Source: Candidatus Melainabacteria bacterium 17Bon1m
Lineage (GTDB): Bacteria > Cyanobacteriota > Vampirovibrionia > Obscuribacterales > Obscuribacteraceae
Length of the DNA stretch: 64,000 bases
Direction: 5' to 3'
Assembly (NCBI GenBank): GCA_032128875.1
Contig: JAVLKG010000004.1
Location: 672,001-736,000, forward strand
Notes under the pieces: generated by a model
Databases searched by the model: none
The model's input: the letters and a program-made list of their open reading frames with translations, nothing else
What the model was told of the DNA's origin: nothing
Shown: one piece after another, positions 47,871 to 57,744 of the stretch
How the letters are laid out: the number at the start of each line of letters is the position of its first letter
How positions within the stretch are numbered: the stretch's first letter is position 1
Translations under genes and position numbers: made by a program

Positions 47871-48554
47871 CTATTGCTCCGAAATTTCGTACTGAAAAGC
47901 ACCACCTTGTCCGGAATTCGGAATAGCTTTAACCAAAGCACGAGCGCGACTGCGAGTTTTTTCGATGATACGAGCGTTAGGTAGATCGGTCGACTCAACC
48001 TTGGCAATTGCAGCATCTAAAGAGCGTCCTCCTTCGACGTGCCGCTCGATCAGACGCGGGCGGACGGTCTCAATTGAGGCATCTAAAAACCATGAATCGT
48101 CCAGTAATTCAACTATTTCCCGCCATTTGTCCTGGTCGAGAAGCAGATAATTTCCCTCAGTCACAATCACTTTGACATCGGGATCGATTCGCAAGGCATG
48201 GGGTATCGAGCCGTCAATTGAGCGATCAAAAGCTGGGGCGAACAAAGTTTGGGGAGGGGTGATGCGGACTTTCTTCAGGAGTTCGATAAATCCAACTGGA
48301 TCGAAGGTATCCGGAATTCCTTTGAGTGAACGCAATCCGAGAAGATCCAGAGACTCGTTCGGCAGATGATATCCATCCATTGGAACAATCTGAGCCCTCT
48401 GCCCAACCGGCAGCACTTGATTGAGCGCATCGACTAATCCCCCTGAAAGGGTAGATTTGCCCGCACCAGGAAATCCGACAATCCCAACCACGAATCTATT
48501 ATCAGCAGGTACTCGGGACAACCCGGCCAATACACGCTTTGTCAGCTGCTCCAA
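47871..48554 (-). CDS. P-loop nucleoside/nucleotide kinase family protein (YggC/FrcK, pantothenate/uridine kinase-like)
   Basis: VGIVGFPGAGKST, PMDGYH, KGIPDTFD, APAFDRSI, VTEGNYLLL, RLIERH. Confidence 0.88.
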   Translation of the reverse strand: MEQLTKRVLAGLSRVPADNRFVVGIVGFPGAGKSTLSGGLVDALNQVLPVGQRAQIVPMDGYHLPNESLDLLGLRSLKGIPDTFDPVGFIELLKKVRITPPQTLFAPAFDRSIDGSIPHALRIDPDVKVIVTEGNYLLLDQDKWREIVELLDDSWFLDASIETVRPRLIERHVEGGRSLDAAIAKVESTDLPNARIIEKTRSRARALVKAIPNSGQGGAFQYEISEQ

Positions 48555-48724
48555 ATCATTTTCTCCTGTGTCTGATTGCGGACTAAAGTGCGAAAAGTGG
48601 TATACACAAATTATGGCGGTTTCCCTGAGCTCGTTTGAATTCGAAAGACAACTCGAGACGGTTGGCTTTTTGCGCTTACGCGTTTGAGGGTACGGTATTT
48701 AAAGCACCTTGAGGTAACTCAACA

Positions 48725-50869
48725 GTGAATGCCCCAGAGGAAAATACTGGGCAAGAGGTTCTTGGATCTATAGGCTTGTTGGTTGATCGTCTCAACCAGC
48801 AGGTGCTAGGAACCGTTTGGCTGGCTGATAATACCAAAGCAATCACATGCGCGCATCTCGTCGTCCCTTATGCAAGCTTTCCGGAAGTTCTGCAAGTAAA
48901 CTTCCCGGCCACAGGAATCACATGTGGTGTCAAAGAAATGGAATTCCATCCGGACTTCGACCGATGGATGGCAAAACGTTTTGCAGGTCAGTCTCAGTTA
49001 ATTCCTGCGTTCGAACTTATCGCGCAGGCGCAGAATGTCGCCGCAATCAAACTCGTAAGTTCGCTCAAACCGCTCGAGCGCGATGCTCTTCCTCGTCTGA
49101 GTGCCGCTCTCGTCCTGCCACCACCACAGGGAGAAACAGTCGTCTCCGGTCAAGCCGGAAGACTGGAATTGACTTCTGTTTTGCAAACACTGGTCAACGC
49201 GAGAAATTTCGGCACCTTGGTTTTGCTGGATGATCGCAATCGCATTGTCGCTCGTCTTTTCCTGGAAGATGGAAAAATGACGCATGCTCAATTTCGTAAT
49301 TCAAAAAACGAAGAAGCGATTTACCGTCTTATCACCTCCTCTGATTTTGAAAAATTCCAGTTCTACTTTACTCCGCAGACTCAGACGGAGGCTCAGTGGT
49401 GCACTTTTCCGCCAATCGAAAAAAACACTACTTTCCTTTTAATGGAAGCATATCGGCGCATGGAAGAGCTCAACCAGATGGTCGAGCAAGCCGGCGGATT
49501 AGACATGGTGGCTGTTAGACGAGCAGAAAACATCAACTTCGACTTACTGCCGGAAGATTGGCGACCGCTTTCTGCTTACGTATGGAATTGCGTCAATCCG
49601 GAAATGTCGCTCGGCTGTCTCACTCGCTCCCTGAGCCTCGATGCGTACAGCGTAATTGGTGCGTTGCAAGTGCTTTGTGGAAGTGGGCAAATTGCCCTTG
49701 AAAAAAGACAACCCGCTACTGCTGGTTCAACCCTTCCTCTGGAAATGGCTACTGATACTCATCTGGCTGCCGGCGATGACCTGTATGCACTGGGAATAGA
49801 TCCGCGCACCAATCTGCCGGTGATAATGCGTGGCTTCGTTGTCGAAGAATTTTGGCAAGGATTTGACCAGCATCAGGTGTCGTCAATCTCGCTGCCACTA
49901 GAGTTGGCAGGTGCACCGCTAGTGAAAGACGGAGCCGTGGTGGGAATTCACTGCGGTCCTCTAGTTCAGGAATTCGGGCATTATGGCGAAGGCTTCGAAC
50001 CTCAACTTTTGGTATCTGTTCAAGCCGCTCAAACATGCTTGGGACTGAACACACCACAAACAATCGCGCACTCAGGATCATATCCTCCGGTAAAGGACAG
50101 CGCGGTGACGGCCAATGTTGGTCAGAACACCGGCGAGCATACAGTTGAAACCGATAGGTTCGCCACATCTACATCAGGAAGTCATACCGCTATAAATGCC
50201 CGAGAACGAATGGAAACACGCGAAATCAATGCGCCCATGCAAGCGTTCACTTCGTTATTCGGCACTATCAAAGGTGCAGTTGATGGATTCAAGAAAGTTC
50301 CGCCACCACCACCCGGACAATTCTTACAAGCGCAATTGTTGAGACAAGCAATCTCCTCAAATAAATTCAGCAAAGTCGCCGACAACACTGAATTTCAAAA
50401 TGGCGACATGGTGCGCTTTGAAGTCAAAGCATTCGAAGACTGTTTTATTTACGTCTTGGTCAAGTCGGCTTCGGCAACTCAACCGCCTCGCTTAGTCTAT
50501 CCGTACAGCCAGCAAGATGACGTCTCTATCAGTAAAGGCTCAGCAGTGACGATTCCCGAAAGAAGTGCTCCCCGCGCGGGACAAGGCAAGCAATCCCTAT
50601 CAGGAGTGATGATCCCCGGGGTTCAAGGGATAGAAGAAGTCTATCTTCTGGCGTCGCGCCATTCGCTTTACGAAGTATTCAACACCGCAAATATAGAACA
50701 GATCGTCACCGACAATTTGTCGGGGGTTTGCGCAGAAGTGAATCATGGGCTCGCAATTACTCGCCCAGCAGGAGCCATTTTCCATGGTGTTGTGAGCGAA
50801 ACACAAATATTTGATCCGATGGAAAAAATCAACGTCCTAGTGCTTAGACTTTCACATCAAAGACCGTAA
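48725..50869 (+). CDS. Multidomain protein: split degenerate trypsin-like fold, inserted DUF4388 (PatA-N-like) domain, C-terminal DUF4384
   Basis: GTVWL....AITCAHLV...FHPDF...NVAAIKL; SG.....LTSVLQTL..AR.FGTL.L......ARLFLEDGKMTHA...EEAIYRL...LLMEAYRRMEE; ELAGAPLVKDGAVVGIH; FQNGDMVRFEV....DCFIYVL...LVYP...GIEEVYLLAS. Confidence 0.72.
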   Translation: MNAPEENTGQEVLGSIGLLVDRLNQQVLGTVWLADNTKAITCAHLVVPYASFPEVLQVNFPATGITCGVKEMEFHPDFDRWMAKRFAGQSQLIPAFELIAQAQNVAAIKLVSSLKPLERDALPRLSAALVLPPPQGETVVSGQAGRLELTSVLQTLVNARNFGTLVLLDDRNRIVARLFLEDGKMTHAQFRNSKNEEAIYRLITSSDFEKFQFYFTPQTQTEAQWCTFPPIEKNTTFLLMEAYRRMEELNQMVEQAGGLDMVAVRRAENINFDLLPEDWRPLSAYVWNCVNPEMSLGCLTRSLSLDAYSVIGALQVLCGSGQIALEKRQPATAGSTLPLEMATDTHLAAGDDLYALGIDPRTNLPVIMRGFVVEEFWQGFDQHQVSSISLPLELAGAPLVKDGAVVGIHCGPLVQEFGHYGEGFEPQLLVSVQAAQTCLGLNTPQTIAHSGSYPPVKDSAVTANVGQNTGEHTVETDRFATSTSGSHTAINARERMETREINAPMQAFTSLFGTIKGAVDGFKKVPPPPPGQFLQAQLLRQAISSNKFSKVADNTEFQNGDMVRFEVKAFEDCFIYVLVKSASATQPPRLVYPYSQQDDVSISKGSAVTIPERSAPRAGQGKQSLSGVMIPGVQGIEEVYLLASRHSLYEVFNTANIEQIVTDNLSGVCAEVNHGLAITRPAGAIFHGVVSETQIFDPMEKINVLVLRLSHQRP

Positions 50870-51654
50870 GTAAGGATTGCATTTCTCATAGCGCCCTCTG
50901 CCATTCGCAATGCCTTCTTGCTGAGAGGCTTCGAAGTTTTGGCGCTATTTGACCTTGTCGAAGTGCCGGTACCTTTCGAGGTCGGCGAAACGTTGGCGTC
51001 TTTTGATGTTGCAGAGCCTGTTCTTTCTACTCTTCCCTTGCCGCCAGTTCGCGAACGTTTTTTACTGCGACGCTTCCTGCGCGTGGTGCCTTCGCGCCAA
51101 TTTTCGCGATTTTTCAAAGTTTCACGAACAATCGATTTGAGTTCACCAAGATCCATTGAGAAAGTAAGCGTTTCCCACAAAACACGTCTGCGACTCGTCC
51201 ATAATCCGGCAGAAAGTTTTCTCGCTTGCAAGATGCTCATCGCCTCTTCTTTCCATAGCAATTGGCAAATGGCAAATGGATCAACTTGCGGATTCAATCG
51301 GGGAGCCCAAATCTCGTCAACATATGGAACACCATTGCGTATTCCAGCGACCATAAGCCCCCACCAAGGAGGCACAATTTTCATTGCTTGCTCAACGTGA
51401 TGTTCGTCGGCAACCAACGTCAATTTATCAAAAACCTTATTGTAGGCGTCTTGTTGTGATTGAAGGCGATTGAGATTATCTTCGGCACTTTTTATCTCAT
51501 AGCCATGCAGATAACCATTGACCACAGCTACGTCAATGCGAAATTTACCTTCAAAGATGCCCAACTCGTCAATTACCCGAGTGCTCGGATCGGCAGCGCA
51601 AATACGCTTCATCTCAACTTCATGCAAAATTTTTCGTATGTCGGCGTCGTGCAT
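50857..51654 (-). CDS. sce7726-family protein (PD-(D/E)XK nuclease-like) with a basic C-terminal tail
   Basis: D.DIR..L...VIDELG....RIDVAVVNGYLHGYEIKS..DNL.RL..Q...YNKVFD...VPPWWGL...QLLWKEE. Start set at ATG 51654; the ORF track starts at 51696. Confidence 0.8.
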   Translation of the reverse strand: MHDADIRKILHEVEMKRICAADPSTRVIDELGIFEGKFRIDVAVVNGYLHGYEIKSAEDNLNRLQSQQDAYNKVFDKLTLVADEHHVEQAMKIVPPWWGLMVAGIRNGVPYVDEIWAPRLNPQVDPFAICQLLWKEEAMSILQARKLSAGLWTSRRRVLWETLTFSMDLGELKSIVRETLKNRENWREGTTRRKRRSKKRSRTGGKGRVERTGSATSKDANVSPTSKGTGTSTRSNSAKTSKPLSKKALRMAEGAMRNAILTYGL

Positions 51655-52037
51655 GATTGTTTTTCGAATGCCACCAAATAAGGTGTATTTTAGCAAAGAA
51701 AAAAACAGTCGAAGACTGAAAAGGAGAAGTAATCTTCCAGCCGCAAAATTACGCTAATTTTTCCTGGCTCGGTCACTTTACAAGCAGCATCAAGATAGCT
51801 AAATACAGCAAATTTCTCTAACTTCACTATATCCATAATATATGCACCAGAAAATCTGACTTCGGTGGCCGGCGTGTGCTTCGGGGGTCGCTCTCGCGCA
51901 GAAAGGCAAAAATCAATGAAATCTCGGCCGGAGATTCCCGTCTGGCTGCGCGCAAAATCAGTGGAAAGACCACTGGCGCGGGTATAGCAGTCGTAGGTGC
52001 CAACAAAAACCGAAATGGTCGAAAAATTCCAGCCAAA

Positions 52038-54158
52038 ATGAAAGAGGAAGAGACGACAGACAAAGACTCGCCGGTCGAAATTGACCAGGAGAATTTAGGC
52101 AGCGATACAGAACGAACAGTTGGTATCGAGACGACTGGCGCACTCGAACTCAAACCAGGTCAAATAGTTGCAGGACGCTTTAAGGTCTTGGAAGAAATTG
52201 GACGTGGTGGCATGGGCGTTGTCTATAAAGTAGATCAATTCGCATTATCCAGACTGCTGGCCTTAAAGACGATGGATGCCACCGACATTACTGATTCGAC
52301 CTGGCGCCGATTTCAGCAAGAAGCGAGAGCAACTAGTCTGCTGGATCATCCCAATCTGATCAGCGTCCACGATTTTGGATTGATTGACGACAAGCATCCA
52401 TATTTTGTTATGGACCTTGTTGAAGGCACCACCTTAGCAAAACGAATAGAGCAGGCCGGACCTCTTTCAGTGCAGGAAGCGCTGCCCCTCATGATCCAGG
52501 TGTGCTTCGGGCTCGCTCATGCGCATGATGTCGGAATTATCCATCGCGACATAAAACCGTCCAACATCATGCTCTGCAAAACAGAAATGGGCACTGCCAA
52601 TACCACGGTCAAAATAGTAGATTTCGGTATTGCAAAATTACACACTAACGAAGCGGCGGAGACACAAGGTTTAACCCGAACGGGAGAAATCTTCGGTAGT
52701 CCTTTGTATATGAGTCCAGAGCAATGCCTCGGTCTGCCGGTCGATCACAGGAGCGATATCTACGCTTTCGGTTGTGTTTTCTTCGAGACTCTGACAGGTG
52801 TTCCACCCTTCCAGGGGAATACAGCACTGTCTACGATGATGAAGCATCAAACTGAAACACCAGCAACACTGAAAGAGGTCACTTTAGGAAAGGAATTCCC
52901 GGAAGCGATCGAAAAGCTCATCTCCAGGCTACTCTCCAAAGACCCAGGCCAACGCTATCAATCTCTAAAAGCAGTAGCAAGAGATCTGAGTTTGCTTCAG
53001 CAAGGTGTATCGGCGCAGACATTTGCCGGTGTTTCACAAGCCGAGCAAAAGACAGGATTAGCCAGAACAATCCCGGTCTATTACCTTGTTATCGCGAGTT
53101 TGGCGTCCGCACTACTCTCAGGATTTTTCTTCTGGACTTTGAGAGGAAACATAGATGCGGAAGTATACAGCGGGCAAGGGAGAGCCAAAGAGTTTATGCC
53201 GCCGGTGCATGTTCCGGAAGTGGTCGACACGCGCCGAGATCCGGCTTTTACTTCCATTGAAACAATCAACGGAGTGCGTTGCCGAAAGTTCGACTTGCCG
53301 CGTGGGTTTGGCAAATACTCGATAATCGGCAGCGGTTCTGACCATGAGATCAGCGGACCATTCTATGTGCCTCTGGCGCAGGAAATTATTCTAAAAATCA
53401 AAGATCTAGTGAATGTAGCGAGTCCAAGTTTCTTCGCTAGATTTAGATCCGACGATGTTTCCATGATCGACATATCGAACAACCTCAACGTATCCGACAC
53501 CACTTTCGAACATCTCAGCAATCTCAAAACTCTGAGATATATCTACGCGACAAATATTGATATAACAAACAAAGTAATCGACGAATTCAACAGAATGCCC
53601 CATCTCAAGGCGGTCTACATTGACGGCACACAGATAAGGCAAAACGGACTCGTAGACTATAAGTATTTGAGAAATTGTGAAGAGCTGGGAATTGGACGTG
53701 TTGGTCCAGTCTACAAAGTGCTGAAAAAACTTCAGGGTTCTCCGGCTGTTCAGGTTTTGAGTTTGGACGATAGCGAGCTCACAGATGAACAACTTAAGAT
53801 TGTTGCCACGCTGCCAAATCTGTGGCACTTAAATATCGAACACAATCGAAAGATTACTAATCAAGGCTTCAAAAATCTTCTGCCTCTCAAAAAGCTGAGG
53901 TTGCTCTATATTGCCGGCAGTAACATCACTCCCGAAATCATCCCTGAAATAAAGAAAATGCCAAGTTTGAAAACCCTTCTGGTTTATCCGGACCGCTGGA
54001 GCAGCAAGGATAGTAAGAGGCTTAAGTCTGAGTACGATGTAAACATGCAGGTGGATGAGAATGACTGGAAGTTATACAGCGGGCAGAAACAACACGTAGA
54101 AGTAGATATGGACGACGTAAAGCGTCTATACGACAAAAACCCAATTAAGAAGAAATAG
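52038..54158 (+). CDS. Ser/Thr protein kinase with TM and C-terminal leucine-rich-repeat-like domain
   Basis: GRGGMGVVY, HRDIKPSN, DFG, GSPLYMSPE; TM YYLVIASLASALLSGFFFW; LRR-like C-terminus. Start set at ATG 52038 by comparison with the paralogs; the ORF track starts at 51876. Confidence 0.92.
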   Translation: MKEEETTDKDSPVEIDQENLGSDTERTVGIETTGALELKPGQIVAGRFKVLEEIGRGGMGVVYKVDQFALSRLLALKTMDATDITDSTWRRFQQEARATSLLDHPNLISVHDFGLIDDKHPYFVMDLVEGTTLAKRIEQAGPLSVQEALPLMIQVCFGLAHAHDVGIIHRDIKPSNIMLCKTEMGTANTTVKIVDFGIAKLHTNEAAETQGLTRTGEIFGSPLYMSPEQCLGLPVDHRSDIYAFGCVFFETLTGVPPFQGNTALSTMMKHQTETPATLKEVTLGKEFPEAIEKLISRLLSKDPGQRYQSLKAVARDLSLLQQGVSAQTFAGVSQAEQKTGLARTIPVYYLVIASLASALLSGFFFWTLRGNIDAEVYSGQGRAKEFMPPVHVPEVVDTRRDPAFTSIETINGVRCRKFDLPRGFGKYSIIGSGSDHEISGPFYVPLAQEIILKIKDLVNVASPSFFARFRSDDVSMIDISNNLNVSDTTFEHLSNLKTLRYIYATNIDITNKVIDEFNRMPHLKAVYIDGTQIRQNGLVDYKYLRNCEELGIGRVGPVYKVLKKLQGSPAVQVLSLDDSELTDEQLKIVATLPNLWHLNIEHNRKITNQGFKNLLPLKKLRLLYIAGSNITPEIIPEIKKMPSLKTLLVYPDRWSSKDSKRLKSEYDVNMQVDENDWKLYSGQKQHVEVDMDDVKRLYDKNPIKKK

Positions 54159-54257
54159 TTCGCTAATCAGATACAAAGTACACTTGTCATCAACGGAATG
54201 ACAAGTGCTCGTTTTTGGTACTATACCTCCTTTGCGGGATGCGGGAGGCCGGTTTCC

Positions 54258-55868
54258 ATGAAGCGGGTTCAATTCGAACAGTTGAGCAAGTTTGCCAAAT
54301 CAATTTTGCTCGCTTACACAGTTGTATTTTTTGCACCATTCGCGGTGCAAGCAGAAGATTCTTTGGCAAGACCTGTAACGCATATTGCCGACAACAGAGA
54401 ACCGGTTATCGAGCATCCCGACCAATCTACACAGGCCAGCGAAAAGTTAGCGGCTTTGGAAAAGAAGTTCAAAAAGAAGCCGAACATACTTGTCTTTCTC
54501 ATGGACGACGTCGGCTGGGGAGATCCGGGCTGCTATGGTGGCGGTCTGGCATCAGGAGCTCCCACGGAGAATATCGATCGCCTGGCACGTGAAGGCTTGC
54601 GACTAACATCTTGTTACGCACAACCATCATGCTCACCGACCCGCGCCACCATCATGACGGGCAGGCTGCCTATGCGTCATGGAATTCTCAGACCACCAAT
54701 GTACGGAGAGCCCGGCGGACTGCAAGGTGAAGTAACTCTTGCTCAAGTCCTATCCAAAGCAGGCTACACAACCCAAGCTGTCGGCAAATGGCACATGGGT
54801 GAAAACAGAGAGTCACAACCTCAAAATGTCGGTTTCGACGATTTCTACGGTTTTCTTGGTGTCTCGGATGTTTACACAGAATGGCGCGATCCTTACTTCT
54901 ACCCGGAGATTGTGAGCAGCCCAGCAAGAACAAAAATTGTCGAAAACTCTGCCTTCAATAAATGCCTGGTCCGCTCGAAAAAGGGTGGAGAATTGGAAAA
55001 CGTCGAAGAAATCACGATTCCAGTTTGCTCAACGCTCGACGAAAAATGGGCTAACTATTCAGTCGATTTTCTAAAACAACAAGCCAAGTCGGACAAGCCT
55101 TTCTTCCTTTATCACTGCACCCGTGGCTGCCATTTCGACAACTATCCAAATGAGAAATTCAAAGGCAAGTCTCCCGCTCGCCATCCTTTTAAGGATGTTC
55201 TCGTAGAAATAGATGATGTGCTTGGCCGCTTGGTAAAAACGCTGGAAGAAACCGGACAACTCGATAACACGCTGATTTTTGTCACATCAGACAACGGACC
55301 GGAAATGGAAACATGGCCGGACGCAGGCTATACGCCATTCCGTGGTGCCAAGGGCAACACATGGGAAGGCGGAATGCGAGTACCCGGCATCGCTTACTGG
55401 CGCGGTGTCATCACACCTGGTCGCACATCAGATGGACTATTTGACCTATCCGATATCTTCACGACGAGCTGCTCACTTGCAGGGGTCCCGAATGATATTC
55501 CGAAGGATCGTTATATAGATGGTGTCGATCAAACGTCATTTTTGATTTCCCCTAACGGTGATTCGAATCGAAAGTTTGAATACTATTGGCTGATGAAAAC
55601 CCTCTCGGCCGTTCGCATCGGCGAGTTCAAATTCTTTAGAGCCGCATCGACAACAGCCGCAGATGACGTTCAAAATGTTGGAGGGTTTTCCGGAGTTGCC
55701 GAAACCTATTCATATGGCAAGATGTTCAATCTTTATCTTGATCCCAAAGAAACTCACAGCTACTTGATAAGAAAACTTGTCTACAACGAAGTTTTCCAGA
55801 ACGCTCTTAGGAAACACGCAGACACATTCAAGAAATATCCGCCCAAGATTTCAGTTTCGGTGGAATAA
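54258..55868 (+). CDS. Secreted arylsulfatase (formylglycine-dependent, AslA-like)
   Basis: KPNILVFLMDDVGWGD, CSPTR (CxPxR), GKWHMG, TSDNGP, GAKGNTWEGGMRVP; GGGAGG SD before ATG 54258; signal peptide ending VQA. Confidence 0.93.
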   Translation: MKRVQFEQLSKFAKSILLAYTVVFFAPFAVQAEDSLARPVTHIADNREPVIEHPDQSTQASEKLAALEKKFKKKPNILVFLMDDVGWGDPGCYGGGLASGAPTENIDRLAREGLRLTSCYAQPSCSPTRATIMTGRLPMRHGILRPPMYGEPGGLQGEVTLAQVLSKAGYTTQAVGKWHMGENRESQPQNVGFDDFYGFLGVSDVYTEWRDPYFYPEIVSSPARTKIVENSAFNKCLVRSKKGGELENVEEITIPVCSTLDEKWANYSVDFLKQQAKSDKPFFLYHCTRGCHFDNYPNEKFKGKSPARHPFKDVLVEIDDVLGRLVKTLEETGQLDNTLIFVTSDNGPEMETWPDAGYTPFRGAKGNTWEGGMRVPGIAYWRGVITPGRTSDGLFDLSDIFTTSCSLAGVPNDIPKDRYIDGVDQTSFLISPNGDSNRKFEYYWLMKTLSAVRIGEFKFFRAASTTAADDVQNVGGFSGVAETYSYGKMFNLYLDPKETHSYLIRKLVYNEVFQNALRKHADTFKKYPPKISVSVE

Positions 55869-55873
55869 AATTC

Positions 55874-57739
55874 GTGCTGCCGAAATGTGTGACTGAGGTG
55901 AAACGGTGGGCGTTTTTTTCAATTCGCCCTAGTTTTATCTGCATAATTTGTCTGTTGTGCCTGATTGGGCTCTATATTTTGGCGCCGCTAAATGCGTTTG
56001 CACAAAACACACAACAAAACCAGCAGGAGCCGATTCCGTTAAGGGGTTTGGATCCTGCTCCTGCCACAACTCAAACAAGTCCGCCTGTGGTGCCGTCACA
56101 AACACCCGGTTATTCCGTAGCTCCGGGACAACCTGTGATGAATCGCGACCCCAACAATATTTCACCGGACAAACCTGGCGACAAGAAGGAAGATCTTCCC
56201 CTCAAAACGCCTCTCGATGAAATTCGCTTTCGCTCGATTGAAAGCAGCGGGACAATATTTGTCGATCCGGAAAAAATTGCGGTGAAAGCGCCCGTGCTCA
56301 GCGCGCTGATAACCCTCAATTCCAAGATGTCACCCTATCAATTAGAAGCTGGCACCGCACGCGAGATGGGACTAAAAGAGACACTCTTAACCGCGCTCGG
56401 AAATAACCTGGACATAAAAATTGTCAGTTCCGAAACAGGCGAGCGGAAATGGCAATACTTCAGCAATTTGGCAAACTTCCTGCCTAGCCTGGAGAACTCG
56501 ATTACATTTCAAGGACTGAAAGGATCGATCGCAAACCCCGCCGGCGTTGCTCTTCCTTTGACAAATCCATTTTTGACCCTGCAGTCCGGATTTACTCAAC
56601 CCATTTTCACTGGTGGACGACTTCTCTACACTGCGCTGCAAACAAAACATCAGTACAAAGCATCTCAGTTTGCATTGAAGGGAAGCACTAATGATGTGCT
56701 CCTTCAAGCCACTGATCTTTACTATAAGCTCCTCGAAGAAGAAGTTTTGCTGCAGATTCGCATCAAGGCTCTGGAAGTATCCGATGGCTTGGTTGAACTC
56801 AACCAAGACCTTTATGAAGGCGGCGTCGTCACGAAGCTCGATGTTTTACAGGCTAGAACACAAAGGTCTAAAGATCGTCAGCAGCTGATCAATCAACAGG
56901 TAGACAGGCGAAAAGCTGCTGTAAATCTGGCAACTTCTTTGAATATGAATACCAACATGGACTTGAGCGCCGCCGACCGCATGGTGTCGAAAACACGTTT
57001 GGTTGATGATACTGTCGAAATCGGAGATTTGTTGCGCGTGGCCGTGGACAACAGACCCGAATTGAAAATGTTTGACGAATTACGCATAGCAGCAAAAGAC
57101 GCAATCAAAGTTGCACGCGCATCTCTTCTCCCGCAAGTGAATTTCACGGGTGCCGTACTCGGTACAGGCAGTAAGGTTTCGCAAGGGGCAGAGAGTTCTT
57201 CAATCTTCACCAGCGTTCTTTCGGGTGGCGGGGTCGCGGCGCCAATTTCCGGTTCATCGATCCCACTTTCTGGCGGCGGGCAAGAAGGTGCCAAACAGTT
57301 TGTCACTAAAGCACTTTTCTTTCTTGGCGTTGAAGTAAGCCTGCCTCTCAAAGGGCTTGGTCTAACAGATGTAGCCAACATTCAAGCCGCTCGCTATCAA
57401 GCACGGCGCGTGCAAAACGAATTTTCTCGAGCGCTCACCAAGGTCTATCAGGAAGTAAGAAACAGCTATTTGGATTGCATGGACGCCGAAAATCTGATCA
57501 AAGAAACCACCGATCAAGTCAACTCATCAGAAGAGCAATTATCGGTTGCCGAATACAGGCTGCGAAATGGCGTAGGCACAAATCTCGATGTCATCAATGC
57601 CCAACGCGATTACACAAACGCGCTCGTCGATAAGGCAAAGGCGATCATCAAGTTCAACACTGCCGAAGCAAAACTTCTGCACGCCACCGGTCGAATTACA
57701 GTCGATACGCTCACAAGCGCGACACCGATGAGGAGATAG
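55874..57739 (+). CDS. TolC-family outer-membrane efflux protein
   Basis: ALGNNLDI, Y..G....LDVLQA, NRPEL, G.GTNLDVINAQ..Y; first gene of the OMF-RND-MFP trio. Start could be GTG 55898. Confidence 0.88.
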   Translation: MLPKCVTEVKRWAFFSIRPSFICIICLLCLIGLYILAPLNAFAQNTQQNQQEPIPLRGLDPAPATTQTSPPVVPSQTPGYSVAPGQPVMNRDPNNISPDKPGDKKEDLPLKTPLDEIRFRSIESSGTIFVDPEKIAVKAPVLSALITLNSKMSPYQLEAGTAREMGLKETLLTALGNNLDIKIVSSETGERKWQYFSNLANFLPSLENSITFQGLKGSIANPAGVALPLTNPFLTLQSGFTQPIFTGGRLLYTALQTKHQYKASQFALKGSTNDVLLQATDLYYKLLEEEVLLQIRIKALEVSDGLVELNQDLYEGGVVTKLDVLQARTQRSKDRQQLINQQVDRRKAAVNLATSLNMNTNMDLSAADRMVSKTRLVDDTVEIGDLLRVAVDNRPELKMFDELRIAAKDAIKVARASLLPQVNFTGAVLGTGSKVSQGAESSSIFTSVLSGGGVAAPISGSSIPLSGGGQEGAKQFVTKALFFLGVEVSLPLKGLGLTDVANIQAARYQARRVQNEFSRALTKVYQEVRNSYLDCMDAENLIKETTDQVNSSEEQLSVAEYRLRNGVGTNLDVINAQRDYTNALVDKAKAIIKFNTAEAKLLHATGRITVDTLTSATPMRR

Positions 57740-57744
57740 CCTGC

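Noticed and set aside
47871-48554. coaA, udk or ppk2 assignment
   Set aside because: Motifs fit the YggC/FrcK-like kinases; the substrate cannot be assigned from sequence.
51890-51985. c-di-GMP-I-like words (GGCAAA, GAAA, GCAAA) upstream of the third kinase
   Set aside because: The stems do not close the required GAAA tetraloop; only isolated small hairpins are present.
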